This document shows positions 40,527 through 49,399 of a stretch of DNA of 64,000 nt, piece by piece (positions within the stretch are counted from its first letter, which is position 1; each line of letters begins with the position of its first letter). A program made the position numbers and the translations under genes. The notes beneath the pieces are model-generated. The model worked only from the letters and a program-made list of their open reading frames with translations. It searched no databases and was not told the DNA's origin. Source of the stretch: Verrucomicrobiota bacterium (GTDB taxonomy: Bacteria > Verrucomicrobiota > Verrucomicrobiia > Limisphaerales > CANJXF01); assembly GCA_038214755.1 (NCBI GenBank), contig JBBQRQ010000011.1:12011-76010 (forward strand), in the 5' to 3' direction.

Positions 40527-40623
40527 CTGGATTGCAGAAGCAAATTCGGACAGTCCGCCTTCTAAAGAACTCTTCCGAACACTGGACCAATCCAATCCGC
40601 CCTGATTTCGATTTGCTCTGAGT

Positions 40624-42303
40624 ATGAATTATTTCTACGCCACTTTTTCTTTCGTCCTGTTGGGAATTGTTTGCCCCTGCCCCGCGAAAAATTACGACAT
40701 CATTATCCGCAACGGAACCATTTACGACGGCACCGGACAGAAACCGTTTGTCGCTGACCTCGCGATTCAAGGTGATTCCATTGCCAAAATCGGAAAACTA
40801 AAACGCGACCACGGCACAACTGAAATCGATGCGCGTGGTCTCGCCGTCGCTCCCGGTTTCATCAACATGTTGAGTTGGGCGACCGAGGCGTTGCTTCACG
40901 ATGGGCGCTCGCAAAGCGATATTCGCCAAGGCGTCACGCTGGAAATTTTTGGCGAAGGCGAATCAATGGGCCCGCTCAACGCCACGATGAAAAAGGACAT
41001 GGTCGAGCAGCAGGGCGACATCAAGTTCGAGGTAAGGTGGACAACTTTGGGCGAGTATCTGGATTATTTGGCCAAGCGCGGAGTCTCGCCGAACATCGCT
41101 TCGTTCGTCGGCGCAACGACCGTTCGTGTTCACGAAATCGGTTACGCGAATCGTCCGCCCACGCCTGAGGAATTGGCGCGGATGAAAACGTTGGTGCGCG
41201 TTGCGATGGAAGAAGGCGCGCTCGGCGTTGGTTCTTCGTTGATTTACGCTCCTGCTTTTTACGCAAGGACGGATGAATTGATTGAACTGTGCCGAGCCGC
41301 CGCGCCCTACGATGGAATTTATATTTCGCATCTGCGCAGTGAGGGAAATCGTTTTCTGGAAGCGCTGGATGAACTCATTGCCATCTCGCGCGCGGCCAAT
41401 ATTCCAGCCGAAGTTTATCATTTGAAAGCGGCGGGCGAATCGAACTGGAACAAACTTGATTCGGCGATTCAGAAAATCGAGAAGGCGCGGCGGGAAGGTT
41501 CTCGCATCAGCGCAGACATGTACACCTACACTGCTGGCGCGACCGGGCTGGATGCCGCCATGCCGCCGTGGGTGCAGGAAGGCGGATTGAATCAATGGAT
41601 TTCCCGGTTGAAAGACCCGGCCATTCGCGAACGAGTGAAACGCGAAATGTCCACGCCGACCGATGAATGGGAAAACTTTTTTCTCGCGGCGGGATCTCCT
41701 GAAAAAATTCTTTTGGTGGGATTCAAAAGTGAAAAGTTAAAACCGCTCACTGGAAAAACTTTGGCCGAAGTCTCCAAAATGCGCGGGACCTCGCCGCAGG
41801 AAACCGCGATGGATTTAGTGATCGAAGACCACAGCCGGATCGACACGGTTTATTTTTTGATGGCGGAAGAAAATGTGCGCAGACAAATAAAACTGCCGTG
41901 GGTTAGTTTCGATTCCGACGCATCCTCCCTCGCGCCGGAAGGAGTTTTTCTAAAATCCAATCCGCACCCGCGAGCCTACGGAAATTTTTCGCGCCTGCTC
42001 GGAAAATATGTGCGCGATGAAAAAATTATTCCTCTCGAAGAAGCCGTGCGGCGGTTGACTTCGTTGCCTGCGGAGAATTTGAAATTACAAAAGCGCGGTT
42101 CACTCAAAACCGGAAACTTCGCTGACGTGGTTATTTTTGATCCAGCAAAAATTCAAGATCACGCCACCTTCAAAAAACCGCATCAATATTCCACAGGGGT
42201 TCTGCACGTGTTCGTCAACGGCGTTCAAGTTGTGACAGATGGAGAGCACACCGGCGCAAAACCAGGTCGCGTTGTTCGAGGGCCGGGTTGGCAGAAGAAA
42301 TAG
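40624..42303 (+). CDS. N-acyl-D-amino-acid deacylase (D-aminoacylase) family amidohydrolase
   Basis: IIRNGTIYDGTG, VAPGFINM, SHLRSEG, HPRAYGNF, ADVVIFDP. Confidence 0.92.
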   Translation: MNYFYATFSFVLLGIVCPCPAKNYDIIIRNGTIYDGTGQKPFVADLAIQGDSIAKIGKLKRDHGTTEIDARGLAVAPGFINMLSWATEALLHDGRSQSDIRQGVTLEIFGEGESMGPLNATMKKDMVEQQGDIKFEVRWTTLGEYLDYLAKRGVSPNIASFVGATTVRVHEIGYANRPPTPEELARMKTLVRVAMEEGALGVGSSLIYAPAFYARTDELIELCRAAAPYDGIYISHLRSEGNRFLEALDELIAISRAANIPAEVYHLKAAGESNWNKLDSAIQKIEKARREGSRISADMYTYTAGATGLDAAMPPWVQEGGLNQWISRLKDPAIRERVKREMSTPTDEWENFFLAAGSPEKILLVGFKSEKLKPLTGKTLAEVSKMRGTSPQETAMDLVIEDHSRIDTVYFLMAEENVRRQIKLPWVSFDSDASSLAPEGVFLKSNPHPRAYGNFSRLLGKYVRDEKIIPLEEAVRRLTSLPAENLKLQKRGSLKTGNFADVVIFDPAKIQDHATFKKPHQYSTGVLHVFVNGVQVVTDGEHTGAKPGRVVRGPGWQKK

Positions 42304-42310
42304 CCTTTGG

Positions 42311-42390
42311 TGGATCATGGCTGTGTCGAAGACCAGCCGCAGGAATTTTAACACATTGCGGCTGGTCGAGGACGACACAGCAGCGCTCCA
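42311..42390. repeat. REP-like inverted repeat between convergent genes
   Basis: CTGTGTCGAAGACCAGCCGCA / TGCGGCTGGTCGAGGACGACACAG. Confidence 0.7.
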
Positions 42391-42439
42391 CAAAATTTCA
42401 AATTAGGACACAGCCAAAACCTTTCCCCGTTGGGCCGCT

Positions 42440-43594
42440 TCATGCGTTTGCTAATTCGCGCTCCGTCTTCAGCCGCAACTGTCCGCAAGCCGCGTCGATG
42501 TCGTGGCCTTTCTCGCGGCGCAAAGTGGCGATGACTTTTTCGCGTTCAAGGGCGGCGAGAAATTTTTCCTGCGCTTCCTCGGTCGGGCGAACCCACGGCA
42601 AATCTTCCACTTTATTGTAGGGAATTAAATTTACCTTCGCGTGCAGGCGATGGGCCAGTTGCGCGAGGGGTTTGATCTGAGTCAAGGCGTCGTTGATTCC
42701 CGCGATCAAAATATATTCCAGCGTGATCATCCGGCCTTTTTTTTGTTCGTAATATTCGCAAGCGGCGATGAGATCGCGCAGCGGATATTTTTTGTTGATC
42801 GGCATGATTTTGTTTCGCGTTTCGTCGGTCGCTCCGTGCAGTGAAATGGCGAGACGAAATTGAAGCGGCTCCTCGGCGAGTTTGCGGATTTGTGGGACAA
42901 GTCCGCTGGTTGAGATCGTGATTTTGCGCGCGCCGATTCCTCCGCCCCACGGCGCATTTAAAATTTTCAGCGCCTTGATTAAATTATCGTAATTGGCCAG
43001 CGGCTCGCCCATGCCCATGATGACGAGATTGTTGATCAAACGCGGAACGGGGAACGCGGAACGCGGAATCAACGCAGTCCTGGCCTCCGCGTTTTGGGGA
43101 TTTCTTTCCGCGTTCCCTGTTCCGCGTTCCGCGTTTTGACTACGTTCAATCGCCAAAACTTGCTCGACGATTTCTTCGACGCGCAGATTCCGTTTCCAAC
43201 CTTCCAAACCGCTGGCGCAAAATTTGCAGCCGTAGGCACAGCCGACTTGCGTGGAAACACAGAGCGTGTGGCGGTCACTCGCTTCTCCGTAAAGCGCGGG
43301 CGTGGCGGGAATCAAAACACTTTCGATGAGCGCGCCGTCGGTGAGTTTCCAAAGAAATTTTTGCGTGGTGTCGCGCGAGCCTTGTTTGCGGACCAACTCG
43401 AGCGTCTGCAGAGAAAATTCTTTAGCCAGAAGTTCGCGCAAAATTTTGGGAAGATTGGTCATCGCCTCCCAACTCGTGACGCGGCGTTTGTAAATCCAGT
43501 CAAGCACTTGCGGCAGGCGATAAGCCGGCTGCTCCCAGATTTTAAATTGGGTTTGCAGCTCTTCGAAAGAAAGCGATTTGATGTCGCGCGTCAC
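42440..43594 (-). CDS. rlmN: 23S rRNA (A2503-C2)/tRNA methyltransferase RlmN, with in-frame repeat insertion
   Basis: CVSTQVGCAYGCKFCAS, MGMGEP, IDAACGQL. Confidence 0.95.
   Translation of the reverse strand: MTRDIKSLSFEELQTQFKIWEQPAYRLPQVLDWIYKRRVTSWEAMTNLPKILRELLAKEFSLQTLELVRKQGSRDTTQKFLWKLTDGALIESVLIPATPALYGEASDRHTLCVSTQVGCAYGCKFCASGLEGWKRNLRVEEIVEQVLAIERSQNAERGTGNAERNPQNAEARTALIPRSAFPVPRLINNLVIMGMGEPLANYDNLIKALKILNAPWGGGIGARKITISTSGLVPQIRKLAEEPLQFRLAISLHGATDETRNKIMPINKKYPLRDLIAACEYYEQKKGRMITLEYILIAGINDALTQIKPLAQLAHRLHAKVNLIPYNKVEDLPWVRPTEEAQEKFLAALEREKVIATLRREKGHDIDAACGQLRLKTERELANA
43036..43139. repeat. GGAACGC heptamer palindrome inside rlmN
   Basis: CGCGGAACGGGGAACGCGGAACGCGGAA / TTCCGCGTTCCCTGTTCCGCGTTCCGCG. 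Confidence 0.85.
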
Positions 43595-43715
43595 GGCGAC
43601 AATCTAACGAGTAAGAAACAAAAACCAAGCCGCGCGCGCGTCCCGCTCGTTTCCGTCTTGAATGAGATGGCCCAATGACGGATATTTTTCACACATAAGA
43701 AACCCTCTGTATTCC

Positions 43716-43901
43716 ATGAGCACAGTTAAAGAAATTGAAGCGGCGATTCCTCGATTGACCCGTGGGGAGATCGAAGAAGTCAGGGCGTGGATTGACGATT
43801 ATCTCGAAGAGCAGTTCGAATTGACCGATGAAGTGAAGGCAAAGCTTGATCAATCGCGGGGCGAGATTGCTGCTGGAAAGTTCACCTCTCGCCAGCCGTA
43901 G
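43716..43901 (+). CDS. Putative antitoxin
   Basis: 61-aa acidic protein MSTVKEIEAAI... directly upstream of a RelE-like gene. Confidence 0.75.
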   Translation: MSTVKEIEAAIPRLTRGEIEEVRAWIDDYLEEQFELTDEVKAKLDQSRGEIAAGKFTSRQP

Positions 43902-43906
43902 TACTC

Positions 43907-44170
43907 ATGGCTGCCGCGCTTCAAATCTGGTCGCCAACATTTTCCCAGGCGTTTGATTCCTTGCCTTCTTCTATTCGCGAGAATGTTCAACGAAAGATTA
44001 ATGAGATGGGAACGCGGCTCGAAGCTTTCTCCCACCAGCGGCTTCAAGGCCGTTCTGAATTCAAACTTCGAGTTGGTGATTATCGTGTGCTTTACGAATT
44101 CGATTTAAAACTTGGGCGAATTTATCTGCATTACGTCGGCCAGCGCGGTCGAATTTACAAACAACGGTAA
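43907..44170 (+). CDS. RelE/ParE-family toxin
   Basis: RLQGRSEFKLRVGDYRVLYEF...VGQRGRIY. Confidence 0.85.
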   Translation: MAAALQIWSPTFSQAFDSLPSSIRENVQRKINEMGTRLEAFSHQRLQGRSEFKLRVGDYRVLYEFDLKLGRIYLHYVGQRGRIYKQR

Positions 44171-44339
44171 GCGCCACGTGCTTCCTCTTTTCGGGGAGAC
44201 GGCTAGGGTGAGGGCGAGCAATTTTCTCCAGTGAAATGGTAAGGTTACCAAAGTCTTTGGACTTCGCCAATTGCGCGATGGGAGAACAATGATATTTTGT
44301 AGCTCGAATAAGTGAAGGACATCGGCGTCTATAAATACT

Positions 44340-44900
44340 ATGAAAAAAATATTCTTTGTTCTGACCATGGTGATGGGCTTTCACGCCAGAGCGGAACTCT
44401 TCAGTCCGCAATCAATCACCGGCGGCGCATTCGGCGCTCTGGCGGGCGCGATCATTGGTGGCCGGCACGCGGGTGAAGGCGCGGCCATTGGCGCGGGGGT
44501 CGGACTTTTGGCAGGCTCTCTCGCCGACGACCGTTCGCGCCGTCATGGGTATTATTCAGGCGGATACTCTTCCTATCCCGGCCGCAGTTACGCGAGTTTC
44601 GGCTATTCCTCCGGGGGCTATTATCGGTCGCATCATCGGCACGGATACGGAGGGCCGAGCTATTCTTTTGGTTTCGGCTATAGTCCAAGTTATTATTCCC
44701 CGGCTTATTTTGAACCAGTAATTTCGACACCAATTTATTCCCAACCGTATTACTCCCAACCTTATGTTGTGCAGCAGCAGCCCGTGCAACAGGCCGCGAC
44801 TCCAGCGCCCGCTCAAGTGACCATCATCAACAACAACAATTATTACAACTCCGGTTCCAGCACGCCGATGAGCAGCGCCAATGCAATGTTCGGACGCTAA
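44340..44900 (+). CDS. Exported glycine-zipper protein with Y/G/S- and Q/N-rich tail
   Basis: Signal peptide; GGAFGALAGAIIGG...GAAIGAGVGLLAG; low-complexity C-terminal half. Confidence 0.8.
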   Translation: MKKIFFVLTMVMGFHARAELFSPQSITGGAFGALAGAIIGGRHAGEGAAIGAGVGLLAGSLADDRSRRHGYYSGGYSSYPGRSYASFGYSSGGYYRSHHRHGYGGPSYSFGFGYSPSYYSPAYFEPVISTPIYSQPYYSQPYVVQQQPVQQAATPAPAQVTIINNNNYYNSGSSTPMSSANAMFGR

Positions 44901-44940
44901 TTTAAATGCTTCGGCGCGGCGCGAATCCCATTATTAAAAT

Positions 44941-45570
44941 ATGAAATATAAAAATACTTTTGCATTCCTGTCACTCGCTGTCGGAGCCAGTCTATTCGTC
45001 GGTTGCGCCAGTTCGGGCGTGAGAAATCCATCCGGTGTTCCCGTCACGGAAATGCGCCCCGATGAACGCGGGTTCGTCGCGGGGACCGGCGTGGAATCCC
45101 AAGACATGGTTGCCGTGACCGACAAAATGGCGCGAAGCATTTTGAGCGTCCCGGAAATTTCCAATGCGAAAGGAATTCCCCGCGTAGTGTTGGAACCGGT
45201 TGTGAACGAGACTCGTTTTCCGATCAACAAAGATATTTTTCTCACTCGCATCCGCACCGAACTCAACACCAAGGCGCGCAATAAAGTCCGTTTTCTCGCT
45301 CGTGAACAAATGAAAGCGCTGGAGCGCGAACGCGACTTGAAACAATCCGGCCAGGTCACGGCCAACAGCGATCCCAACGTCGTCGAATTCAAAGGCGCGG
45401 ACTTTTTTCTCACGGGCAAATTGCAGGGGATGACCACGCGCACTTCGTCCGGCACGAGTGATTATGTGCTCTATTCCTTTCAACTGATCGATGCGCGCAC
45501 CAGCGATATTATTTGGGAGGACTCCGCCGAAATTAAGAAACAAGGGCTGGAAGATGCGGCGTATCGCTAG
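44941..45570 (+). CDS. lpoB: LpoB/CsgG-fold lipoprotein
   Basis: Lipobox FVG-C; VVNETRFPIN; GADFFLTGKL; FQLIDARTSDIIWED. Confidence 0.72.
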   Translation: MKYKNTFAFLSLAVGASLFVGCASSGVRNPSGVPVTEMRPDERGFVAGTGVESQDMVAVTDKMARSILSVPEISNAKGIPRVVLEPVVNETRFPINKDIFLTRIRTELNTKARNKVRFLAREQMKALERERDLKQSGQVTANSDPNVVEFKGADFFLTGKLQGMTTRTSSGTSDYVLYSFQLIDARTSDIIWEDSAEIKKQGLEDAAYR

Positions 45571-45585
45571 GCGGTTTTCGTTCGC

Positions 45586-46752
45586 ATGAAAAAATGTTTT
45601 TCACTTTGGACACTTGGAGTGTCTCTCGTGGCCTTGGCCGGTTGCGCGACTGAGGATTCCAATTCGCCCAAAACGTTTCGCAACGGCGCGGCGGTCAACC
45701 CCGTTCCCGCTCGCGATAAGCTGCTCTGGGAATATCACGACGCGCTGACCGAGTTGCGTCGCGGAAAGATCGACGAAGCCAAACGACTGCTCGATGACGC
45801 GCTCCTTTCGATGGGCGGAATCAATGCCAACGACAAAAATGCCAAACGCTCGCGACGACTTTTTTCCGGCGAATATAAAAAAACTTTTTTGGGCGAACCG
45901 TACGAGCGGGTGATGGCCTATTACTATCGCGGCATTCTCTACTGGATGGATGGCGAACCGGACAATGCGCGGGCCTGTTTTCGCAGCGCGCAAATTCAGG
46001 ACAGCGACACGGAGAACAAAGAATATTCCAGCGACTACGTTTTGCTCGATTATCTCGACGGCCTGGCTTCCGTGAAATCGGGCGGTGATGGTTCGGATGC
46101 GTTTGCGCGCGCGAAAAAAAATTCTAAAAGTTTTTCCCTTCCACTCTACGACGCGAAGGCGAACGTTTTATTTTTTATCGATTACGGCAGCGGCCCTTTG
46201 AAATACGCCACGGGCCAATACGGAGAGGAGTTGCGTTTCCGAAGTCAAATTTCCCTCGCCCACAGCGCGACGATTCGAGTGGAGACACAAACCATCTCAG
46301 TCCCTCCACACGATGATTTATACTTTCAAGCAACAACCCGCGGCGGCCGCGTGATGGACCACATTCTCGCCAACAAAGCTGTTTTCAAAACCACCACCGG
46401 AAACGTGGGCGACGCGGCCATCGTCAGCGGCGCCGTCCTGGCGGGCACTCAACAAGGACGACACAATAGCGGTGATGAAATCGGCCTTGGTCTCGCGGCT
46501 TTCGGACTCATCAGCAAACTGGTTTCCTCCGCGACCATCCCCGCCGCCGACACCCGTTACTGGAATAATTTGCCCCAATATTTAAGCTTCGCCGCCCTCA
46601 CGCTTTCGCCGGGCCAGCACGTTGCGAAAGTTGAATTCAACGACGGGCAAGGCCACGTTTTGCCGAACCTCACCAAGACGGTTACGATCAACGTTCCCGC
46701 CAATTCACGAGACAACGTCATTTACGTCAGCGATAAATCCACCAACTCATAA
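45586..46752 (+). CDS. TPR-like lipoprotein (COG3014-like)
   Basis: Lipobox LAG-C; GEPYERVMAYYY; DNARACFR; ADTRYWNNLP. Confidence 0.75.
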   Translation: MKKCFSLWTLGVSLVALAGCATEDSNSPKTFRNGAAVNPVPARDKLLWEYHDALTELRRGKIDEAKRLLDDALLSMGGINANDKNAKRSRRLFSGEYKKTFLGEPYERVMAYYYRGILYWMDGEPDNARACFRSAQIQDSDTENKEYSSDYVLLDYLDGLASVKSGGDGSDAFARAKKNSKSFSLPLYDAKANVLFFIDYGSGPLKYATGQYGEELRFRSQISLAHSATIRVETQTISVPPHDDLYFQATTRGGRVMDHILANKAVFKTTTGNVGDAAIVSGAVLAGTQQGRHNSGDEIGLGLAAFGLISKLVSSATIPAADTRYWNNLPQYLSFAALTLSPGQHVAKVEFNDGQGHVLPNLTKTVTINVPANSRDNVIYVSDKSTNS

Positions 46753-46754
46753 TT

Positions 46755-47354
46755 ATGAAAAATAAATTTGAAATCCTAAATCCGAATTCTCGAAATCCGA
46801 AAGAAATCCGAAATCCGAACGCCGAAAACAATCTCTGTCCGACGCCTAAAAAAGCGATTCTCGACCAGCACAGTCCAGCAGCACTTTCGACCTTCGGGTT
46901 TCGGACTTCTTTCGGATTTCGGATTTCGGATTTCGGATTTCGCGAAAAATTCTTTCTCGTTTTTTTCTCTACTGTGATCGCGGCGGCTTTGGCAGGCTGC
47001 GCCAGCGGCGGCGCCTACGAGGCTCGCAACGCCACCAAATACGATTTGGAAAACCGCGATGTCTTCGTGCTCATGGACGCGGGCGCGCAACGCTCCATCA
47101 CCAGTTCGGGTATCCAGCAGCGCGTCACGCCCGATGGACGGCTCGAAGTCACCGCCAATATTCGCAATCGCGAGAGTCGCCGCGTTCAGGTGCAGGTCAA
47201 TTGCGTCTTCAAAGATGAGCAGGGATTTTCCACCGGCGACGAAACGCCGTGGCAAAATTTAATCCTCACGGAAAATTCACAGGAGGCGGTGCATTTTATC
47301 TCCATGAACGACAAGGCCCGTCGCTACACCATTCGCGTTCGAGAAGCGCGTTGA
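46755..47354 (+). CDS. YcfL/DUF1425-family lipoprotein with in-frame repeat in its signal peptide
   Basis: Lipobox LAG-C; LEVTANIRN...VQVNCVFKDEQGF...PWQNLIL...ARRYTIRV. Confidence 0.8.
   Translation: MKNKFEILNPNSRNPKEIRNPNAENNLCPTPKKAILDQHSPAALSTFGFRTSFGFRISDFGFREKFFLVFFSTVIAAALAGCASGGAYEARNATKYDLENRDVFVLMDAGAQRSITSSGIQQRVTPDGRLEVTANIRNRESRRVQVQVNCVFKDEQGFSTGDETPWQNLILTENSQEAVHFISMNDKARRYTIRVREAR
46764..46940. repeat. AAATCCG heptamer palindromic element inside the ycfL-like gene
   Basis: Same arms as 20205, 22197 and 24990; translates to RNPKEIRNP...FGFRISDFGF. Confidence 0.85.
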
Positions 47355-47390
47355 AGGTTCCCTGATCTTAATCACCTCTAAATTAATCTT

Positions 47391-48359
47391 ATGAAAAAAA
47401 TTCTTCTGCTCACTCTGCTCGGCCTCGCGGGCTGCGCGTCGTCTCCTCAACCGGAAGTGCGGACATACGGTTACACTTCGGGCGTCGCTCCCAACGCGGC
47501 TCCTGCTCCCGCTTCGAGCGAAACGTTTGTCTATGATCAAAAACCTTTGCCCGGCCAGCCCGCGTTAGTCGCGCCCGACCAGGCCAAATCCATCATCGAC
47601 AAATTTAAAGACGCTTACGCAAAACTCGATAGCCCGCGCATGTTGATCTACGTCAATCGCGAGTTGGTGGACGAAAAAACAGGAATGAAATTGATCGCGC
47701 GGACGGAAAAAACCGAGAGCACCCGCCGTCGAGTGGACAGCACCATTGACGCGAATGGACGCACTTCAAATTCCGTCACGATCAACGCGGGCCGCGACGT
47801 GACGATCAACGGCTCTGACACCGATGCGCTCGGAAAAGGGAAAATTTCCAGCAAAACGGAACGCGTCTCCAACGAAAATCGTTATCGTCTCGAAGAAAAA
47901 AATCGCACGCTCGCTGACCGGCAAACGGTTCGCGATGTCGAACGTCTTTTTGGCCGACCGCTTCGGGCCGCGGGCGCATCGTTGACCGATCAAACTATCG
48001 CAACCCAATTGATCGCGGACCGTCCTGTTCGCTCGTTCGTAGTGAACACGGAAGGAGAAGTTGCTCGCAAAGATCGCCAGGCGCTGGCCAAAATCGCGGA
48101 CGTCGTGATCGAGGTGTTGATTTCATCGCGACAAATTACCGTGGGTGGAGTTTCCGCTGATCAGGCTTATTCGGTTCCTGACATTGAAGCGACGGCGACG
48201 CGTTTGAAAGATTCCAAAATCATCGGGCAAGCTTCCTCGCGGGATGTCCTTGGCAAAGATCGTTACGCCGGGAGCATCGCGCGAAATTTTGACGTGCAAG
48301 ACATCGCCGAAGCCACCGCTCTCGCGCTGATGGAAGACATCACGACCAATGCAAAGTAA
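47391..48359 (+). CDS. Uncharacterised lipoprotein
   Basis: MKKILLLTLLGLAG-C lipobox; last gene of the operon. Confidence 0.8.
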   Translation: MKKILLLTLLGLAGCASSPQPEVRTYGYTSGVAPNAAPAPASSETFVYDQKPLPGQPALVAPDQAKSIIDKFKDAYAKLDSPRMLIYVNRELVDEKTGMKLIARTEKTESTRRRVDSTIDANGRTSNSVTINAGRDVTINGSDTDALGKGKISSKTERVSNENRYRLEEKNRTLADRQTVRDVERLFGRPLRAAGASLTDQTIATQLIADRPVRSFVVNTEGEVARKDRQALAKIADVVIEVLISSRQITVGGVSADQAYSVPDIEATATRLKDSKIIGQASSRDVLGKDRYAGSIARNFDVQDIAEATALALMEDITTNAK

Positions 48360-48375
48360 GCGACGGAAGTTTCTG

Positions 48376-48629
48376 CCGTAGCCGACGACGTGAGGATATC
48401 TCCACGATTTGCAATCGGGCGCCGTGACCATGAACCTAAATTTTGCGCGGGAGCGTCTTGGACTGCGCCAGCCCTCTGGCGCTTTTGGAACGTCCCGGCA
48501 ATCCCAAAGCGGCAGAGGGCTGCCGCAGTCCAAGACCGTGCGGTTGTTTCACGGTTTATGGATAGGCGGTCTGACTTTTCCTGATCGATAAGATTAAATC
48601 AGACCGCCTCCTCACGTCGTCGGCTACGG
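48376..48629. repeat. Nested REPs: GTAGCCGACGACGTGAGGA pair around a TTGGACTGCG pair
   Basis: Outer CCGTAGCCGACGACGTGAGGA / TCCTCACGTCGTCGGCTACGG; inner pair at about 48457-48535. Confidence 0.85.
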
Positions 48630-48644
48630 GATCGCGCATCGCAA

Positions 48645-49397
48645 TTATTTCTCGCCGTAATTGATGCTCATTGCGCCGCCTAAAAAATTGATCACGCGAC
48701 TATTTTTGCAGTTCAACTTTTGCATTTTCTCCGCCACGCCGCGCTGCGCCGGATAATTTTTCAGCGACTCCAAAATGTAAGCGTAAGTGGCGCAGTCACC
48801 GCAAAAAACTTTTCCAAACAGCGGAACAATCCAGCGCAAGTATCCAAAATAGATTTTCCGCCAAAGCGCGTTGTCCGGTTTGCCGAAATCCAAAACCAAA
48901 ATCCGCCCGCCCGGTTTGGCTACGCGAAACATTTCTTCCACTCCGCGCTCCCAACTCGGCAAATTGCGCAATCCGTAGCCGATACTCACAACATCAAATT
49001 GTGAGTCTGCGAATGGTAAATGCTGCGCGTCGCCCTCGATAAATTGTAGCGGCGGTCTGTGACCGCCGGTGATTTTTTTTAAATGGCCGTGGCCACAGAC
49101 GACCGCGACAACCCGTTGCTTCGCCACGTCTAACATTGGTCGGCTGAAATCCAACCCAGTAACTTCTGCGCCACATTTTGCCAGACCCAGAGAAATATCT
49201 CCCGTGCCACAACACACATCCAGAGCGTGCTCGCCTGGTTTCGCATTCGCCAAACCCACAAGCTGTCGTTTCCAATTCCGATGCAGCCCAAAACTTTGCA
49301 GGTCATTGATCAGATCGTAGCGCGGCGCAATTTTGGCGAACAAATCATGTACCTTCTCAGCGCGTTGTTCACCGGGCTGATAAAAAGGGTTGGCCAT
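48645..49397 (-). CDS. ubiE: UbiE/MenG family C-methyltransferase, with in-frame REP insertion
   Basis: IAPRYDLINDLQSFGLH..WK, LDVCCGTGD, GDAQHLPF, YGLRN, KPGG, YAYILES. Confidence 0.9.
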   Translation of the reverse strand: MANPFYQPGEQRAEKVHDLFAKIAPRYDLINDLQSFGLHRNWKRQLVGLANAKPGEHALDVCCGTGDISLGLAKCGAEVTGLDFSRPMLDVAKQRVVAVVCGHGHLKKITGGHRPPLQFIEGDAQHLPFADSQFDVVSIGYGLRNLPSWERGVEEMFRVAKPGGRILVLDFGKPDNALWRKIYFGYLRWIVPLFGKVFCGDCATYAYILESLKNYPAQRGVAEKMQKLNCKNSRVINFLGGAMSINYGEK

Positions 49398-49399
49398 TT

